Shown piece by piece: positions 1-9,224 of a stretch of DNA of 64,000 nucleotides; the stretch's first letter is position 1, and every line of letters starts with the position of its first letter. The translations under genes were made by a program, and so were the position numbers. The notes beneath the pieces are model-generated. The model was not told the DNA's origin, searched no databases, and was given only the letters and a program-made list of their open reading frames with translations. Location of the stretch: positions 62,001-126,000 of the IMG/VR virus record IMGVR_UViG_3300029993_000005. One strand, 5' to 3'.

Positions 1-996
1 CACCCGCCTACGGACTTGGCACACGTGCTTACGTGTCTCTACATCAACGTCTAAGCCCCGGACCCAGGTTTGAAAGAAGTCCTCTGTCTTGATGATCAGT
101 TCTTTACATTCGGATAAATCTTCAGTCAGGACCAGGGCTAAGTCAGATTTTGATTTGTAGTTCTTAATAATTGCGATGTTAGTCAGGGACGCCCAATCAG
201 AAGGTCCTACATCAGCACCATCTTGAATCACCAACTTTACCAAATCGAACTTCGAGTGCGGTATCAGTTTCAAGTCTTCTCTATGCTCCAACACAATATT
301 GTGCAACTTGTATTTCGGCTCGTGATTGACCAATGTTATGTTGAAATCTTGAGCACTATTGAACTCGATATGATGGAAATACTTGGGTAGGGACTCTCCA
401 AAATTAGTCTGATACAGGGTGCCGCAGTAATGCGTGTTACGAATCCTGTGTGCCGTATGTAAGTGACCGCCAATTGCCACAGCCTTTGACTTGGACAATG
501 ACTCATCGGTAGCTAAACGTCCGCTATCACCTTTCGAGCCATAGACCTCGTTGTGAAATATGTTAAGGGCATTAGGATCGAAATTGGTAGAAGGATAAGG
601 CAAGAATCTTACGTCCACACCATCAACGGTTATTGATTTAGGACGGGTAAAATATCGAACATTGGGTTGCTTGAAATTCTGTAGAATTTGAAGGCTGTGA
701 CCGGTGTCCGGGGTCAGTCCGTAGAGATCATGATTTCCAGTCATCAAATAAAACGTAAAATCAGGATTGCTGGAAAACAGTCCCGAGAGAGCCAACATGC
801 CAGGATAGCTCCCCCTAGGCCCGTCAAAGATATCACCAGGAAATATGATTTTGTTCAGGCCTTTTGAACGTCCATAGGCCAGTACTTTATCAACCTCAGA
901 AACTACAAACTGGTCGGGGTCCTCTATGTATTTCGATAGTCCACCAGTTCCATCTGAGGCGGTAAGATGCAAGTCACCAACGCAAAGCAGCTCCAC
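1..996 (-). CDS. SbcD/Mre11-like metallophosphoesterase nuclease (3' end runs off the window)
   Basis: Not in ORF track; translated by hand from GTG at 994-996 with no stop to position 1. Motifs GDLH, GDIFD, GNHD, GHLH and YCGTLYQTNFGE. Confidence 0.85.
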   Translation of the reverse strand, partial: MELLCVGDLHLTASDGTGGLSKYIEDPDQFVVSEVDKVLAYGRSKGLNKIIFPGDIFDGPRGSYPGMLALSGLFSSNPDFTFYLMTGNHDLYGLTPDTGHSLQILQNFKQPNVRYFTRPKSITVDGVDVRFLPYPSTNFDPNALNIFHNEVYGSKGDSGRLATDESLSKSKAVAIGGHLHTAHRIRNTHYCGTLYQTNFGESLPKYFHHIEFNSAQDFNITLVNHEPKYKLHNIVLEHREDLKLIPHSKFDLVKLVIQDGADVGPSDWASLTNIAIIKNYKSKSDLALVLTEDLSECKELIIKTEDFFQTWVRGLDVDVETRKHVCQVRRRV

Positions 997-1592
997 TATT
1001 TGCTCCGTTTACGTCGTGATAAAATATTCCAATAGCCAGATGCCTGGTCCTCCTCAGGTTCTAGCTCAGGTTCAAGATTTGGAAACGGATGAAATGCTGG
1101 TTTCTGTGTCGGATAGGAATGGTCACTATCAGACAAGACGCGATCAATAATAGGTTTGGGTTCTGTATCAAAGAGTCTTTGACGCTCTACAAGTCCTTCT
1201 TTGGACTTCAGCAAAAGCTTGGTGCGCCACTCAGGAATCACACGTAGTGAATCCCGTTCAACCAAATTAATGAAATCTGCGGTCCAACCAAAATTAGTTA
1301 GTGGTGCTTGCATTGTCAGATCAATGGGTATCCACGCAGCAGGAATCTTAATAGCGATGAGGTGTCTGGCTTCGTCAGCGCCATTAAACTTAGGAACCGA
1401 AAACAGAATCTCTGCCTGCTGGTGGCGAGCATGGGGAATCTGCGATGTTTCCCACGTACTAAGTTGGTGACTATTCACCACGTACAGAGGACCTTTAGCT
1501 TTAGCTAGGATCCCGCGTACCTTAGCCAAAGACTGACCCTTCAACAACCACAGAATGTAGCTCTTACGTAAATTAGCAATAATTTGTTTCAT
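996..1592 (-). CDS. hypothetical protein
   Basis: 198 aa ORF, RBS-like GGAG, AGTAAATA box upstream, stop overlaps next start. Confidence 0.7.
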   Translation of the reverse strand: MKQIIANLRKSYILWLLKGQSLAKVRGILAKAKGPLYVVNSHQLSTWETSQIPHARHQQAEILFSVPKFNGADEARHLIAIKIPAAWIPIDLTMQAPLTNFGWTADFINLVERDSLRVIPEWRTKLLLKSKEGLVERQRLFDTEPKPIIDRVLSDSDHSYPTQKPAFHPFPNLEPELEPEEDQASGYWNILSRRKRSK

Positions 1593-1619
1593 TGAGAACT
1601 CCTTTGTATAATTACTTTT

Positions 1620-1627
1620 TATTTACT
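1620..1627 (-). promoter_or_regulatory. AGTAAATA box (candidate phage late promoter)
   Basis: TATTTACT on +, about 28 nt upstream of the 996..1592 start. Confidence 0.55.
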
Positions 1628-1636
1628 AGACTCGAA

Positions 1637-1966
1637 TTAGTTACTATTGTGGAGATAGTGTGCCAACGCATTAAAATCTTTAGCACTTTTGAGTTCGGAT
1701 ATCAATTTAGGATGAATAACTAATATAGGGTTGCGTGCAAATTCAGTAGCGCCAAGAATGTAGACCGCTGGTTCCAACACAAAACCGTGTATTAAATTTA
1801 ACTTTTCTTGTTGGCGATTAATCCACCACTGGGGATGGAACCACTTTTTGTTGAAAATTACTTTTGGAATCGTTCCTGTCTTGGTCGCTAAATCGGAGAC
1901 CCTGAAGTCTAAGCCTAGTATTTGATTGTGAGTCTTAACGTTGGTCCTCAACATCAAGTCCCTCAC
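1637..1966 (-). CDS. hypothetical protein
   Basis: 109 aa ORF in tightly packed minus-strand run. Confidence 0.55.
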   Translation of the reverse strand: MRDLMLRTNVKTHNQILGLDFRVSDLATKTGTIPKVIFNKKWFHPQWWINRQQEKLNLIHGFVLEPAVYILGATEFARNPILVIHPKLISELKSAKDFNALAHYLHNSN

Positions 1967-1991
1967 CTCGTTGATAGATTTAAGAATATTG

Positions 1992-2219
1992 TCAGTAGCT
2001 AGGGATGGGGGGTGGGGGTGGGGACGAAGTATTCATTGAATGGTTGGTAGCCGTTGTGGTCATATTCTGGGTGGTCCCAGTCCCAGTCACCACCCAAGCC
2101 TTTCTAATTTGCTCTCCAATACTCGATGCAAGTTCTGTTTCGTAACATCGTGACCCCACGGACATCTCTTCTATTACTTGAACCGTGTCCTTGCCCGTGC
2201 TCTTCTTATAGTCTGCCAT
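1992..2219 (-). CDS. hypothetical protein, Thr/Pro-rich C-terminus
   Basis: 75 aa ORF packed against 2223..2822. Confidence 0.5.
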   Translation of the reverse strand: MADYKKSTGKDTVQVIEEMSVGSRCYETELASSIGEQIRKAWVVTGTGTTQNMTTTATNHSMNTSSPPPPPIPSY

Positions 2220-2222
2220 TTC

Positions 2223-2822
2223 TCAACCCTCTTTCTCAAACATGCGCTGGTTGATAATAAGCCATGAATGAGGCCCCAACTTGTTCAGGTCTAGGGCAAC
2301 GAGTCTTAGCCAAGCTGTCAACACTGGTGACCCCGAAATGTAGGCTCGTAGTTCCTCAGTGAACTCAACATGGGTTATGGAAGAGACCAAATCTTTAACT
2401 GAGGTCAAAGCCTTAATCTCACCGTAAGTTTTCTTGTGTCGATCTCTGTTGTTCGTGATCTGGATCCTGGAATTAAATCCTTGTTCAAGCCTAGTTGTTA
2501 AAAATGATTGTATCAATTCTAGCAAACCTTTGAAAACTAACAATGATTCTACATGAGGTTCAGGTAGCAACAAGATGGGTGCCAACGAAAAAGAAATAAG
2601 AGTTCCACTTAGATAGACATTTGCTTCCTTGTAGCCTACCTTAGTTCTAGTGAATCTGAAGCTTATGAACTGGGTCAACACGTCTAGACGGGTTTTAACA
2701 CAGTCCCTAACATAAGATTCTTCTGTCGCATGTTCAGCTCTTCTATTTGTGTACGGATGTCCTGAAAACAGAATACATCCATTGTTATTAATTGCTTCGT
2801 CTAGAATTTGTAGGGCATTCAT
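2223..2822 (-). CDS. hypothetical protein
   Basis: 199 aa ORF with GAGG RBS. Confidence 0.65.
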   Translation of the reverse strand: MNALQILDEAINNNGCILFSGHPYTNRRAEHATEESYVRDCVKTRLDVLTQFISFRFTRTKVGYKEANVYLSGTLISFSLAPILLLPEPHVESLLVFKGLLELIQSFLTTRLEQGFNSRIQITNNRDRHKKTYGEIKALTSVKDLVSSITHVEFTEELRAYISGSPVLTAWLRLVALDLNKLGPHSWLIINQRMFEKEG

Positions 2823-2834
2823 TTGGTCCTCAGT

Positions 2835-2921
2835 TTAATGTTGGTGCGTGCGTGCTTGTTGTAATTTATCACTTTCGTTGGCTTCTTGATGCTTGTTTGG
2901 TAATTCCAGTTCACTCTTCAT
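2835..2921 (-). CDS. possible 28-aa leader peptide (MKSELELPNKHQEANESDKLQQARTHQH)
   Basis: GAGGA RBS directly after AGTAAATA box; very short. Confidence 0.3.
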   Translation of the reverse strand: MKSELELPNKHQEANESDKLQQARTHQH

Positions 2922-2932
2922 TCCTCAGCTTT

Positions 2933-2940
2933 TATTTACT
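2933..2940 (-). promoter_or_regulatory. AGTAAATA box
   Basis: TATTTACT on +, at head of the minus-strand gene run. Confidence 0.55.
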
Positions 2941-2980
2941 AGAGTCCTCAATGTTGGGTAGCTAGGTTGGTTCTAGATCA

Positions 2981-3040
2981 AAAAGTTAATATGGAATTTC
3001 TCTATAAGATAGGTAAGTTTCCTGTTTGTATTAACTATAG
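2981..3040. repeat. ~60-bp imperfect direct repeat, copy 1 (copy 2 at 3779-3838)
   Basis: aaaagttaatatgg...ctgtttgtattaact(a/g)tag shared between both copies. Confidence 0.85.
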
Positions 3041-3069
3041 CGTGTGCTGTGCTGTGCTGTGATGTGCTG
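3041..3069. repeat. short (GTGCT)n tandem repeat
   Basis: cgtgtgctgtgctgtgctgtgatgtgctg. Confidence 0.7.
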
Positions 3070-3092
3070 GGGTTCCAGATTTAAGCTTAAAC

Positions 3093-3197
3093 TCGCGTTG
3101 TTGGAACCCTGTAACCAAAGTCGCGTTGTTGGCAGGGGGAGTGGGTAGGCTCAGCTATCGACTCTTCTCTTCTTTTATAACGTAACAACGCGACTTT
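3093..3197. repeat. iteron-like TCGCGTTGTT repeats
   Basis: tcgcgttgttgg at 3093-3104 and 3121-3132; inverted copy aacaacgcgacttt at 3184-3197 pairs with 3117-3130. Confidence 0.7.
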
Positions 3198-3365
3198 AGT
3201 CGAATAACAGCGGAAAAACAGCCAAAAACGCAAAAATACCCAATGATAGATTACCCTTAAACCCCAATCTATCCCCCACCCCACTCCAGCCAATAATGGA
3301 GAATAACCCCCCAAGTCTAGAGGACTATGAAGTTTAAAGTCCTTTTATAATAGTTGGCACCATCG

Positions 3366-3397
3366 TCCAAGCGTACATATTTTTAGATCCGCCGTTT
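3366..3397. repeat. 32-bp perfect inverted repeat, left arm
   Basis: tccaagcgtacatatttttagatccgccgttt is the exact reverse complement of 3858-3889. Confidence 0.95.
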
Positions 3398-3778
3398 CAA
3401 TTAGAGATACGCGCCTACGGCGCAAAACAATTTAGAGACCTTCAAAACTAAAGTCGACTGTGGTTTTAGGGTTTAAAAAAGAAATATGCATGAAGGGGCA
3501 AAGCCCCGAATGCAATTGGCAAGCAGCGCTAGCTGCGCAGCCAATACCAAACAAAACAGAATCTAAAATGAGGTTGTTGTGGTTGTTATATATTGAGGGC
3601 TTACGCCCTCCCTGCCCAAAAATACGGATTCTCCTGCGGGGCATTCGCCCCTTGGTGAATTTCCGTATTTTGTGTTCAGGAAAACCTAAAAACCAAAACC
3701 ACAATCTACATTTTAATACATATCAGAAAATATATCGTAAAAAGCATAAAAAACACTATTAAAACAGGCCTTTAGGCC

Positions 3779-3838
3779 AAAAGTTAATATGGGATTTGTC
3801 TATAGAATAGATAAAATCTCTGTTTGTATTAACTGTAG
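3779..3838. repeat. ~60-bp imperfect direct repeat, copy 2
   Basis: matches 2981-3040; ends in an AGTAAATA box (3837-3844). Confidence 0.85.
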
Positions 3839-3857
3839 TAAATATAGGGTGTAGTGA

Positions 3858-3889
3858 AAACGGCGGATCTAAAAATATGTACGCTTGGA
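3858..3889. repeat. 32-bp perfect inverted repeat, right arm
   Basis: aaacggcggatctaaaaatatgtacgcttgga; overlaps the ATG at 3877. Confidence 0.95.
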
Positions 3890-5967
3890 GAAAACAATTT
3901 ATGGGCACCAACACTAAAAGATTTGGACATTTGATTGAATTTGTAGACTCGCTGCCTGGCATGGGCAAGACTGAAGCAGCAATAAATTTGATGGCTGAGC
4001 ATCTTCTATCGGATGTGCCTGGGCTTCTCATCTACGTGGCACCAACGCATGAACTGCTATTGCGCGTGAAAGATGATCGATTGATTCCATTGCTGCGTCA
4101 ACGCAAAGCCACACCTCGTCAACTGGGGTCCATTCGTTCATACGACAGTAAAGTCAAATCTGATCTTTTTTTAGGATCCGTCGTTGCGTCCATACGTCGA
4201 GACATAGAAGGTGGGTACGAGGCCAAAGGTAATGTAAAAATAAATGCACAGGTGAACGGCGTGTTACTCGTCACGCATTCTGCTTTCTTTCGTTTGCCAA
4301 TGGCTTTGAAAAATAAGGAGCACGTTCAAATTATTTTTGACGAAGCTCGCAAGTGTGTGTTCGAGCCCTCAACACTACCTATGACCGACAAAGAAGAAGA
4401 GCTGTTCAATCAGTATCTTCAAGAGGACACGCTTCCTGGAACTTCAGCCTTCAAGAAAATTGTCTTCAATTCCTCAATTGAGGTCCAAGCTGAACTGAAG
4501 GCCAAGCTCGAAGTATGGAAAAAGAAACGTAAGGTCCATGCTGCAGCTTATGGGCGGTTCATATCCATGGTCGAATCTTTAGAGCTGGGGACCACTGAGG
4601 TCTACTGTTTGCGCCGCGAGTCTAAGAACCACCGCCAAACAACGTTTCAATTTTACGAAGTTCATATCCCATCCAAGATTTTTTCGGGGTGGAAACGCGT
4701 GATCGTCATGTCTGCCTTTTTAAAGAAAACTCAGTTATGGGCCATGTTTTGCCGGTCGACCTTCGTTCTTAATGGAAAGTCTCAACGTATGGGCCAGCGG
4801 AAGGACGGGGCTTGGATTCCAGTACCTGCCGGTCGAAATGACACTGCCTACTATCACCTGAAGGACATAACGCAAACCTTCATCCCAAAGTATAGACAAC
4901 GTGAACAACAGATATTGAAACGTTATGGTCAAGCAGTTATTGTTTCCTTGACTGGGACGAGCAAGACTAAAGCTACGTGGAAACATTTGATTTCCTCGAC
5001 CAAACTCAATGGTATATTTGTTAAAGATAAAGAGGCAGCTCAACACTATCAGGAATCGTTCAAAATTTTCTGCCGAAGTCATGCTAAGCAGGTATCAAAA
5101 CTAACGTCTCTCGATTTAAAACGCATCATAAATCCTACTACTGCTGGTGCAGAAACTTTGAGTGAGTTTGGGCAAGCTTTGAGAGACTGGGTTGACTCTG
5201 TGGAAAAAGTCGCAGATGCTCCGTACCTTTGGTACTTGCGCCACGGTCTTAGTGTTGCTAAACAATGGTTCACTAGTGACACAGGATTGGACCGCCCATT
5301 GTTTCTCGCCAATAAAAATCATATGTCTAAGCTTCAGCGTAGTTATCCTCAGGCCAAGCAGCGATTAGAATTTTTACCACACTCCTGCCATGGTCTGGAC
5401 AACTACAAAGACCATTGCATGGTCCTGTTTCAGGCCGCAACTAATCCTAAAAAAGAGGCTCGTGACTTTTATGAAAGCCAAATACCCTGGTATGACTACA
5501 ATCAAGATCACATCGTTGAGACGGCTATTCAGGCGGTGACCCGCACATCTATACGCGACACCACACAATCGGATCCAGTACTGATTGTTGTGCCTGATCC
5601 TTACCTGGCTGCATTGTTGAGCGAACGTCTTAATGATGCACCTATAGAATATGCCAATGAAAAATATGGTGTTCCCTCATTCAGCATTCTGTATATAACC
5701 AAACCTGATCTGACCGTTACTGAACGTGGACGTAAATTTAGAGACACTGAAAGTGGTAAGACTTCTGCACAAAAAGTTAAAGACTCGCGAGCGCTTAGTC
5801 CTTTTTGGGGCAAACTCAACAGCAAGACAGTCATGTTGTCTAAAGCTCGTAAACAATTCAAAGAGACTGGCGATGATAAGGCATTCGAGAAATGTCAAAC
5901 TCTGTTGAAAGAGCAGGAACTACTGTCTGAACAACATGCTAAATGGGTTCGAGAAAGTCAGTGGTGA
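3877..5967 (+). CDS. SF2-like helicase/ATPase, candidate origin-binding or replication protein (start could be 3901)
   Basis: Walker A SLPGMGKT, YVAPTHELL, LVTHSAF, Walker B IFDEARK, VMSAF, HGLDNY, QAVTRTSIR. Confidence 0.7.
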   Translation: MYAWRKQFMGTNTKRFGHLIEFVDSLPGMGKTEAAINLMAEHLLSDVPGLLIYVAPTHELLLRVKDDRLIPLLRQRKATPRQLGSIRSYDSKVKSDLFLGSVVASIRRDIEGGYEAKGNVKINAQVNGVLLVTHSAFFRLPMALKNKEHVQIIFDEARKCVFEPSTLPMTDKEEELFNQYLQEDTLPGTSAFKKIVFNSSIEVQAELKAKLEVWKKKRKVHAAAYGRFISMVESLELGTTEVYCLRRESKNHRQTTFQFYEVHIPSKIFSGWKRVIVMSAFLKKTQLWAMFCRSTFVLNGKSQRMGQRKDGAWIPVPAGRNDTAYYHLKDITQTFIPKYRQREQQILKRYGQAVIVSLTGTSKTKATWKHLISSTKLNGIFVKDKEAAQHYQESFKIFCRSHAKQVSKLTSLDLKRIINPTTAGAETLSEFGQALRDWVDSVEKVADAPYLWYLRHGLSVAKQWFTSDTGLDRPLFLANKNHMSKLQRSYPQAKQRLEFLPHSCHGLDNYKDHCMVLFQAATNPKKEARDFYESQIPWYDYNQDHIVETAIQAVTRTSIRDTTQSDPVLIVVPDPYLAALLSERLNDAPIEYANEKYGVPSFSILYITKPDLTVTERGRKFRDTESGKTSAQKVKDSRALSPFWGKLNSKTVMLSKARKQFKETGDDKAFEKCQTLLKEQELLSEQHAKWVRESQW

Positions 5968-5990
5968 GGAACCTAAACTTTTAGCCTCTT

Positions 5991-5998
5991 AGTAAATA
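5991..5998 (+). promoter_or_regulatory. AGTAAATA box
   Basis: intergenic, upstream of 6089. Confidence 0.55.
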
Positions 5999-6088
5999 AC
6001 AAGAGTGACAGAAGCAAACGTGCATAGGCACGCACCCAACCAAGATTAAAGCACCAACATTAAATAATTCAACAACCAAAGGAAAATT

Positions 6089-7183
6089 ATGCCATACGAA
6101 GAAGAAGTTCAAGATGTAGAGTTCAAGCAAGTCCAGGATAACCAGGCAGAACAAAACACTGGCACGGGCACTGATACTGAACAAAAACTGTATCGTGTGT
6201 TCCATGTTCAAGTGGGAGGCAATCCGACTGTTGAAGCCCTGTCCCAGATTGCAACTGGCGTCAAGCACATGTTGGAGTCCAAAAGCGCTCAAGAAGTGAT
6301 GGTGTCCAATCCTGATATCTCAATCTTTGAATACGCGCTAGATACTCCGGTAGATAGTCTAATCATCAAGGGCGCTATCACTTTGGAAACCGTAGCCAAA
6401 ACCGCGTGGACAGTCAATCAAGGTTATTGTGGTTCGTTGGGTGATACATCAATCGTTGACTGGGAGCAAGCTGGTACAGATCAGCAACAGAATTATCTGA
6501 AGGCTATTAACAATAGTCTGCGATTCAACTACACGCCAGAGCAACAACACGAAGCTTGGTTGAAGTCCAAGACTGATGATGGCTGGACCTATGGATCAGT
6601 CAAAGACGAGGGGACAAAGAAACATCCGTCAATACTACCTTACGCAGCCTTACCCAAAGAAATTCAAACCAAAGACTATTTGTTCCGTAGTGTAGTCAAT
6701 GGTTTGAAATCGCAACTCCCTGTTCCTTCAGAAACTCGCGAAATTGAGATTGTCGTTGATGATAAAAACAATCCGTTCCTGCCCTGGAAATTCGCGCACC
6801 TTAAACCAGGTCTGATCTTCCGTTTCGTTGGTGCCTCTGACGAACTCGTTTATCGGGCAGTCAGTGAAGTCTATGTTGATTACTTGTCTGAGGCACCGGC
6901 TTTCACCGCCGATGTTGAGACCCTAAATTTGAGTTCAGTACTTGGGACTCTAACAGCTACCGAAGTTACTATCACTGGCACGGGCACGGACACTGGTATT
7001 GAATCCAGTAGTAAGTCGGATACTACGGTTGAGACCAAATCCCAACCCATAGTCCCCAAGTCAAAGAAAGTGGATAAGAAAATAACTGAAAAATGGACAG
7101 CACCCACTCCCAAGCCCACTCCCAAGGCTAAGACAGGTCCAAAGAAATCTGCAGAAAAGAAAGCTAAGTCCAAGTCCAAATAG
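6089..7183 (+). CDS. multidomain protein with RyR (ryanodine receptor repeat) domain and Lys-rich tail
   Basis: PEQQHEAWLKSKTDDGWTYGSVKDEGTKKHPSILPYAALPKEIQTKDYLF fits the RyR pattern HExW...GWxYG...HP.LxPY..L...KD. Confidence 0.75.
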   Translation: MPYEEEVQDVEFKQVQDNQAEQNTGTGTDTEQKLYRVFHVQVGGNPTVEALSQIATGVKHMLESKSAQEVMVSNPDISIFEYALDTPVDSLIIKGAITLETVAKTAWTVNQGYCGSLGDTSIVDWEQAGTDQQQNYLKAINNSLRFNYTPEQQHEAWLKSKTDDGWTYGSVKDEGTKKHPSILPYAALPKEIQTKDYLFRSVVNGLKSQLPVPSETREIEIVVDDKNNPFLPWKFAHLKPGLIFRFVGASDELVYRAVSEVYVDYLSEAPAFTADVETLNLSSVLGTLTATEVTITGTGTDTGIESSSKSDTTVETKSQPIVPKSKKVDKKITEKWTAPTPKPTPKAKTGPKKSAEKKAKSKSK

Positions 7184-7267
7184 TACGTGCCACGTGCTGT
7201 TTTAAGGCCCTTTTAAGGCCCGTGGCGACCCTAAATTGGGGGTCCTTGGTATTTGTACATAAACAAA

Positions 7268-7304
7268 GGAAAAGCTCTAAAATCACCAGTTTTAGAGCTT
7301 TTCC
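7268..7304. terminator. 15-bp perfect hairpin between RyR gene and thyX
   Basis: ggaaaagctctaaaa-tcaccag-ttttagagcttttcc; AT-rich stem, so terminator or operator. Confidence 0.5.
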
Positions 7305-7341
7305 TATTTAAAATCACCAATTAAATATAAGGAATAAATAA

Positions 7342-8037
7342 ATGACGAAATTGACGCATAACGAAATTAAAGTCTTGGATCACGGACATGTCCGACTTGT
7401 TGAGTCCATGGGCAGTGACTTGTCTTTGGTGAGGAATGCACGCGTGAGCTACGATGCAGAATGGCGCACAGGTGAGGACGAAGGTAAGGATGCTAAATTG
7501 ATTGACTATCTAGTCAAGAACCGACATACCAGTCCTTTCGAGTCCGTGATCTTTACATTCGACGTAAAAGCTCCCATCTTTGTTTTTCGTCAATGGCATA
7601 GACATCGTACTTTTTCAATTAACGAGGTGTCCGCCAGATACTCAGAACTGCCTGAAGAATTCTATGTACCGGAACTGGAGGACATCACTACGCAAGCTCA
7701 TGGTAACAAGCAGATGCGAACAACTGATCAGCATGAATTCGCTGGTGCCTTGGCCGCAATGATTAAAGAATCAGGTCGAGCCTCGTTCAAAGTCTATCAT
7801 GAACTATTGGCTTCCGGTTGCCCTCGTGAGCTAGCTAGGTCCGTACTTCCTGTTGGCACCTATAGCCATATGTTCTGTACAATTGATCTTCACAACTTGA
7901 TGCACTTCTTGAAACTCAGATTGCACGAACATGCACAGAAAGAGATTCGTGTTTATGCAGAAGCTATGCTTGCTTTGATCGAGCCTATTGTGCCTATAGC
8001 AGTGGCAGCAATGAAGAAACATTTGTTGGGACTCTAA
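7342..8037 (+). CDS. thyX: FAD-dependent thymidylate synthase
   Basis: RHRTFSINEVSARY (RHRx7SxR motif), HTSPFE, ELARSVLP, HAQKEIR. Confidence 0.95.
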   Translation: MTKLTHNEIKVLDHGHVRLVESMGSDLSLVRNARVSYDAEWRTGEDEGKDAKLIDYLVKNRHTSPFESVIFTFDVKAPIFVFRQWHRHRTFSINEVSARYSELPEEFYVPELEDITTQAHGNKQMRTTDQHEFAGALAAMIKESGRASFKVYHELLASGCPRELARSVLPVGTYSHMFCTIDLHNLMHFLKLRLHEHAQKEIRVYAEAMLALIEPIVPIAVAAMKKHLLGL

Positions 8038-8039
8038 CT

Positions 8040-8837
8040 ATGGGACCCAAACTTGAGTTTATGCGCGGAGACTGCTTGAAGTTGATGTCCCGTATACCTG
8101 ATAATTCTGTGGACTTGATTTTGTGTGACCTGCCCTATGGAACGACTGGCTGTTCCTGGGACTCGGTAATTCCATTTGAACCCCTATGGGCTCAATATAA
8201 GCGGATAATCAAGGACCGGGCACCGCTAGTTTTAACCGCTAGTCAGCCTTTCACCACTGCATTAATAAATTCCAATTTCGATTGGTTTAAATATTGTTGG
8301 GTTTGGGAGAAAAGCACGGCTGGTGATATGTTTAATGCTAAGAATAAACCTATGAAGAAGCATGAAGATATTTTAGTGTTTTCTAGTGGAACTACAGCTA
8401 ATAAATCGTTGAGACGAATGCCTTATTATCCTCAAGGTCTTTATGACGTGAACAAAATTTGTAAAAATAGCGGCAAGGACAGTGCCTTTTCCAGAGGTAG
8501 TAAAAATCCTGAAGCTACGTATACCCAGACTTAGTCTGGGTACCCAACATCTGTCCTGAAGTTCAGCAATCCTTCCAAGAGTGTCCACCCGACTCAAAAG
8601 CCGGTGGACTTGATGGAATACTTGATCAAGACTTATACTCTTGATGGTGCTACAGTACTGGACAACTGTATGGGTTCAGGTACTACCGGCATTGCTTGTG
8701 TCAATACAGGTAGAAATTTCATAGGCATAGAGCAGGATCCAAAATACTATGAATTGGCCGTTGAACGCGTAAAGGAAGCTAAGGCTGAAATTGTCAGAGA
8801 AATTCAAGAAGCACCTTTTCTGATTCATCGTGCATAA
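8040..8837 (+). pseudogene. beta-class N4/N6 DNA methyltransferase interrupted by in-frame TAG at 8532-8534
   Basis: GDCL, DLPYG, then after the stop in the same frame SGYPTSVLKF, HPTQKP, LDNCMGSGTTG, FIGIEQD. Confidence 0.85.
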
Positions 8838-8842
8838 AAGAG

Positions 8843-8872
8843 TTGGCACCAACTGCAAAATAGGTATATAGT
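8843..8872 (+). promoter_or_regulatory. sigma70-like early promoter (TTGGCA ... TATAGT)
   Basis: intergenic; -35-like TTGGCA with 16-18 nt spacer; similar element at 9149. Confidence 0.5.
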
Positions 8873-8912
8873 GAAGTCCTTGAGCTGAAATCCAACTAAA
8901 AGGAAGAACAAA

Positions 8913-9140
8913 ATGACTGATACCTATTTTGCACCCCTGACCCTTCTCCCCTCAGTGATTAATGAATTTGGTGACTACTTGACAAGGAGTGGAGAAATCG
9001 TGACTATTATGTCATTGTCATCTAGCTCCGACTTTAAGAACCTTGGAGTCCACGAGACGGGGGTCCTTGCTGCATGGCATCGTAGCGGTCGTATTCTGAC
9101 TTCAAGTGAAACGTCCAATGACATCGTGCGGCCTATCTAA
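8913..9140 (+). CDS. hypothetical protein
   Basis: strong RBS aaaaggaagaacaaaATG. Confidence 0.7.
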   Translation: MTDTYFAPLTLLPSVINEFGDYLTRSGEIVTIMSLSSSSDFKNLGVHETGVLAAWHRSGRILTSSETSNDIVRPI

Positions 9141-9148
9141 AATAATTG

Positions 9149-9177
9149 TTGGCACCATCGTTAAGTTGAGCTATACT
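9149..9177 (+). promoter_or_regulatory. sigma70-like early promoter TTGGCA-N17-TATACT
   Basis: near-consensus boxes, 17-nt spacer, intergenic. Confidence 0.7.
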
Positions 9178-9224
9178 GGAATCACTGCACTGAATCAAAT
9201 AACCCAACGAAAAGGAAGAACAAA

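Noticed and set aside
3087-3762. ORFs 3087..3314, 3432..3704 and 3460..3762 in the divergence region
   Set aside because: No clear RBS, no recognisable motifs, mutually overlapping and lying over repeats; likely spurious.
7289-7299. GTTTTAGAGCT, identical to the start of the SpCas9 CRISPR repeat
   Set aside because: Single 11-bp match forming one arm of a local hairpin; no repeat-spacer array or cas genes.
8843-8860. TGGCAC...TGC read as a sigma54 promoter
   Set aside because: GG-to-GC spacing is 8 nt rather than 10; a sigma70 -35/-10 reading fits better.
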